DNA from: a candidate division WWE3 bacterium
GTDB lineage: Bacteria > Patescibacteriota > WWE3 > UBA101185 > UBA10185
Reading direction: 5' to 3'
Length of the DNA stretch: 64,000 nt
NCBI GenBank assembly: GCA_003599255.1
Contig: QZJF01000005.1
Coordinates: 32,985 to 96,984, forward strand
Shown piece after piece: positions 62,818 to 64,000 of the stretch (positions are counted from its first letter, which is position 1; each line of letters opens with the position of its first letter). The position numbers were made by a program, and so were the translations under genes. The notes below the pieces were generated by a model, which was not told where the DNA came from, did not search any database, and was given only the letters and a program-made list of their open reading frames with translations.

Positions 62818-63954
62818 TTAGTTAAACAAAGGTTTTGCAGTATCCCAAAAATAGGGATTATTGTTCACGTCTTTTTCCCATAACCACCATTCAGCACCCC
62901 AGAAGTAGATATCTTTAAAACCCGCTTTTTGTGCATAATTAATTGTGCCAATGAAGTCTTGTCGGGACATTGTCTGATCTTTATCCTCCTGAGTGAGTTT
63001 TGAATTAATTCCGGGCCCCCATGGTTCAGCCTGAAGTTCGGTCACAATAATTTTTTCATAGGGAACCTGGACTAAATCGGCCTTTATCTTGTAGGTCCAG
63101 TGGGCTAGGGGATACTGGAAATAGATAAATCTTCCAAGAAACACTCCCCAAAAGTCATACCAGATTTTTCTGTACATTGAAATTGCCAGATAGTCTCCAA
63201 TTTCGTAACTAGGCTTCCAGAAACCGCCTTCTCCGCTGTCCTGTATCAAAATCGGTCTGTTATCCAGAGTTCGTACAATTTTAACTTCATTTTCAACCAC
63301 CGATTTTTTTATTTCCGTGCAAACGCCAAATGGAAAGAAAGGCTCGTTTTCAACCTGCCACATCTTAATTGACGTGTAACCCCGAAGCTCAACTATTGCA
63401 TCGGTTACGTATTGGTAAAGCTCGTCATTTCTAAACTCTTCAATACTGATATCTTTCCACCATTGCGGCTCAAAGCACTCGGGAAACCTGGGAACTTTTC
63501 TGCCGACTGTCATAATTACATTTACGTTTCTTTTTTCCGCCTCGTCTAATTGCCACTTAATATCCTCAAAGTCATATTCGTCCTTTATCTTTTCTACATC
63601 GTCCCAGTAGGCTACAAGTCTGAGATTCTTTGCACCCAGATCGTCAAGAATCTGTATATAAGTTTCCTTCCAATCCATGCCAAGTTCCTCGGAATACTTT
63701 CTGCTGAAATTAACACCATAATTAATGTCTTTTTGCGGAACAGGCCTAAGGAATATGAAAAGTATAAAAGGGGAAACAATGATTAAGAATATCATCCCCA
63801 TAATAATTCTAAAAAGCCTTAGTTCGAACAGATGTTTTAGTAAAACAATAATCCTGTCAAAAGGCCTTAAAAATGACAAAGCGGTCCTTATTAAAAAGAT
63901 AGGAAAAGGATTTTCTTTTATATGTGTAAAATATTTAAGAGATTTCTTGCCCAT
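62818..63954 (-). CDS. Membrane-anchored clan GH-A glycoside hydrolase (GH5/GH42-like)
   Basis: N-terminal TM; LRLVAYWD, WQVENEPF (acid/base), VTELQAEPW (nucleophile), YFWGAEWW. Confidence 0.7.
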   Translation of the reverse strand: MGKKSLKYFTHIKENPFPIFLIRTALSFLRPFDRIIVLLKHLFELRLFRIIMGMIFLIIVSPFILFIFLRPVPQKDINYGVNFSRKYSEELGMDWKETYIQILDDLGAKNLRLVAYWDDVEKIKDEYDFEDIKWQLDEAEKRNVNVIMTVGRKVPRFPECFEPQWWKDISIEEFRNDELYQYVTDAIVELRGYTSIKMWQVENEPFFPFGVCTEIKKSVVENEVKIVRTLDNRPILIQDSGEGGFWKPSYEIGDYLAISMYRKIWYDFWGVFLGRFIYFQYPLAHWTYKIKADLVQVPYEKIIVTELQAEPWGPGINSKLTQEDKDQTMSRQDFIGTINYAQKAGFKDIYFWGAEWWLWEKDVNNNPYFWDTAKPLFN

Positions 63955-64000
63955 TACACTTCAATTCTACCATTCACGCATATGTCAGCGTAGTAGTAAA

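Overview
Bacterial window using genetic code 11. Gene content and style suggest Patescibacteria/CPR (Microgenomates/WWE3-like); this is an inference. The conserved secE-nusG-rplK-rplA / rplJ-rplL cluster (minus strand) is split between rplA and rplJ by a ~48.7 kb block (5771-54431) made of two divergent units. The first is four giant membrane-anchored surface proteins on the minus strand: a 5758-aa HTH-TM-fibre-repeat-S74 chaperone protein and three paralogous 2.4-3.0 kaa DUF2341-like/LamG proteins with swapped passenger domains. The second is an atypical F-type ATPase operon (c-like, b, delta, alpha, gamma, beta, short epsilon). It has no a-subunit gene, and its c-like subunit lacks the ion-binding carboxylate and carries a signal peptide plus an extracellular domain. 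This pairing is the best candidate for an undescribed system: an ion-uncoupled, ATP-driven rotary or export machine serving giant surface fibres. The flanks hold glycogen genes (two GH57, glgA, GalT-like), an L10 leader with attenuator, an M50 protease, a probable 6S RNA, folD, a DHH phosphoesterase, a GH13 and two further glycoside hydrolases. Many genes appear to be leaderless. All calls come from motif reading by eye; no searches were run.
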